A stretch of DNA of 63,848 nt, filler included, from Octopus bimaculoides (Eukaryota): the NCBI RefSeq assembly GCF_001194135.2. It is 5 parts of 5 records of this genome, joined end to end, with 100 filler letters (N's around TTAATTAATTAA, not from the genome) between each part and the next. Parts side by side here need not be neighbours in the genome. Positions count along the whole stretch, not along the records: positions 62,706 to 63,848 come from NW_026431075.1; 4 more parts are not named here. One strand, 5' to 3'. The notes beneath the pieces are model-generated. The model did no database searches. It saw nothing but the letters and a program-made list of their open reading frames with translations, and was not told the DNA's origin. The translations under genes were made by a program, and so were the position numbers. How positions within the stretch are numbered: position 1 is the first letter of the stretch; the number at the start of each line of letters is the position of its first letter. Shown in pieces: positions 62,900-63,848 of the stretch.

Positions 62900-63720
62900 A
62901 GGACTATACAGAGGAGGTAAGATATGATGAGAAATGTGGGCTGGAAAAGAACAGGAGAACGCCAATGATGCTCGAGAAAATTTGCACTTTTGTGAATACA
63001 GACCGACGTGTATTTATAAAGACAATCAGTTTAATATTTTGAGTTAGTGAGACCACTGTTCTCAGAAATATACACGCAGATCTGAACATGCACCGAATTT
63101 GTGCATTGTTTGTCCCAGTGTGATCAGCGCTTGTAACAACATAAACATGGTTGAGCTCATTATCCGTACAGCAAGAGTGATTGAGTTTCATGTGACGTTG
63201 GAGGAAATCTGGATCCACTGTTATGATCCAGAGACCAAGAAATAGAGTGCACAATGGAAGCAAGGGAAATCCAAAAGGACATTTCATATTTTCGAAATCT
63301 ATTGGATTTCATCTGACCAGATGTTTAGCAAAGAATACTTTCTGGATGTTTTGAGGGATTTCGGAAAAATATTACTTCAAATATGGTTAAAGATTTTCCT
63401 TTCGGCTCAGGAGTGGGAGTGGCTCCTGCACCAAAGTCAATGTACCAGTCAACAATTTCTTCCTGGTAACTAGCTAATTGAAAGAGGTGGGCAAGGGAGG
63501 GTGAAGAACAGTTGCTTCCTGAAAGTGTTGGTTGTTCTGCAAGATAAAAGAGAACCGCAAAGGGAAACATTTTGAAGACACTAATTAGATGAAGAAATCT
63601 GTGAAAGAGGCCTAAGACACATTTATTTGAATATATTTTAATGGGGCCTCAATTAAGTGGAGGGTGCACTACAACAGAAGCATTGAAATTAGAGGATTGT
63701 ACTCTGAAGGAAAATAGAGC
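62900..63720 (+). mobile_element. mariner transposase remnant spanning most of the ORF
   Basis: VSETTVLRNIHADLNMHRICALFVP; EIWIHCYDPETKK*SAQWK; EWLLHQ; KIKENRKGKHFED...IEIRGLYSEGK*. Multiple stops and deletions. Confidence 0.8.
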
Positions 63721-63815
63721 TTTTGTACATATCTGAAACTAATAAATGTCTCTCCTACAAAAGTCTAAATTGCTGGATTCCAAATCGTGTGTGTGTGGGG
63801 GGGGAGTGAAGGTGT

Positions 63816-63847
<32 letters not shown>

Positions 63848-63848
63848 G

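Overview
This is an AT-rich, gap-riddled eukaryotic scaffold window. It is most likely a cephalopod (Octopus-like) draft assembly. That call is inferred from the microsatellite load, the SINE families and the TTAATTAATTAA linkers inside N-gaps; no database search was run. No complete protein-coding gene is supported, and most ORFs in the supplied track are microsatellite or N-run artefacts. The window is a transposon graveyard: at least five Penelope-like element (PLE) remnants (two fused head-to-head), RTE and CR1-like LINE fragments, an internally deleted Helitron, Tc1/mariner/maT and piggyBac remnants, several MITE/foldback elements, and many copies of three tRNA-derived SINE families. The strongest unexplained signal is a set of hammerhead ribozyme (HHR) motifs. 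One has an intact canonical core (650-758, minus), one is a C3U/G8A-type variant in a PLE 3' UTR, and one sits inside a tRNA-headed SINE-like element present twice (about 17650-17890 and 61425-61686), which suggests a Pol III retrozyme-like SINE mobilised by PLEs. A few candidate host exons are flagged at low confidence. Boundaries of degenerate repeats are approximate (by eye).
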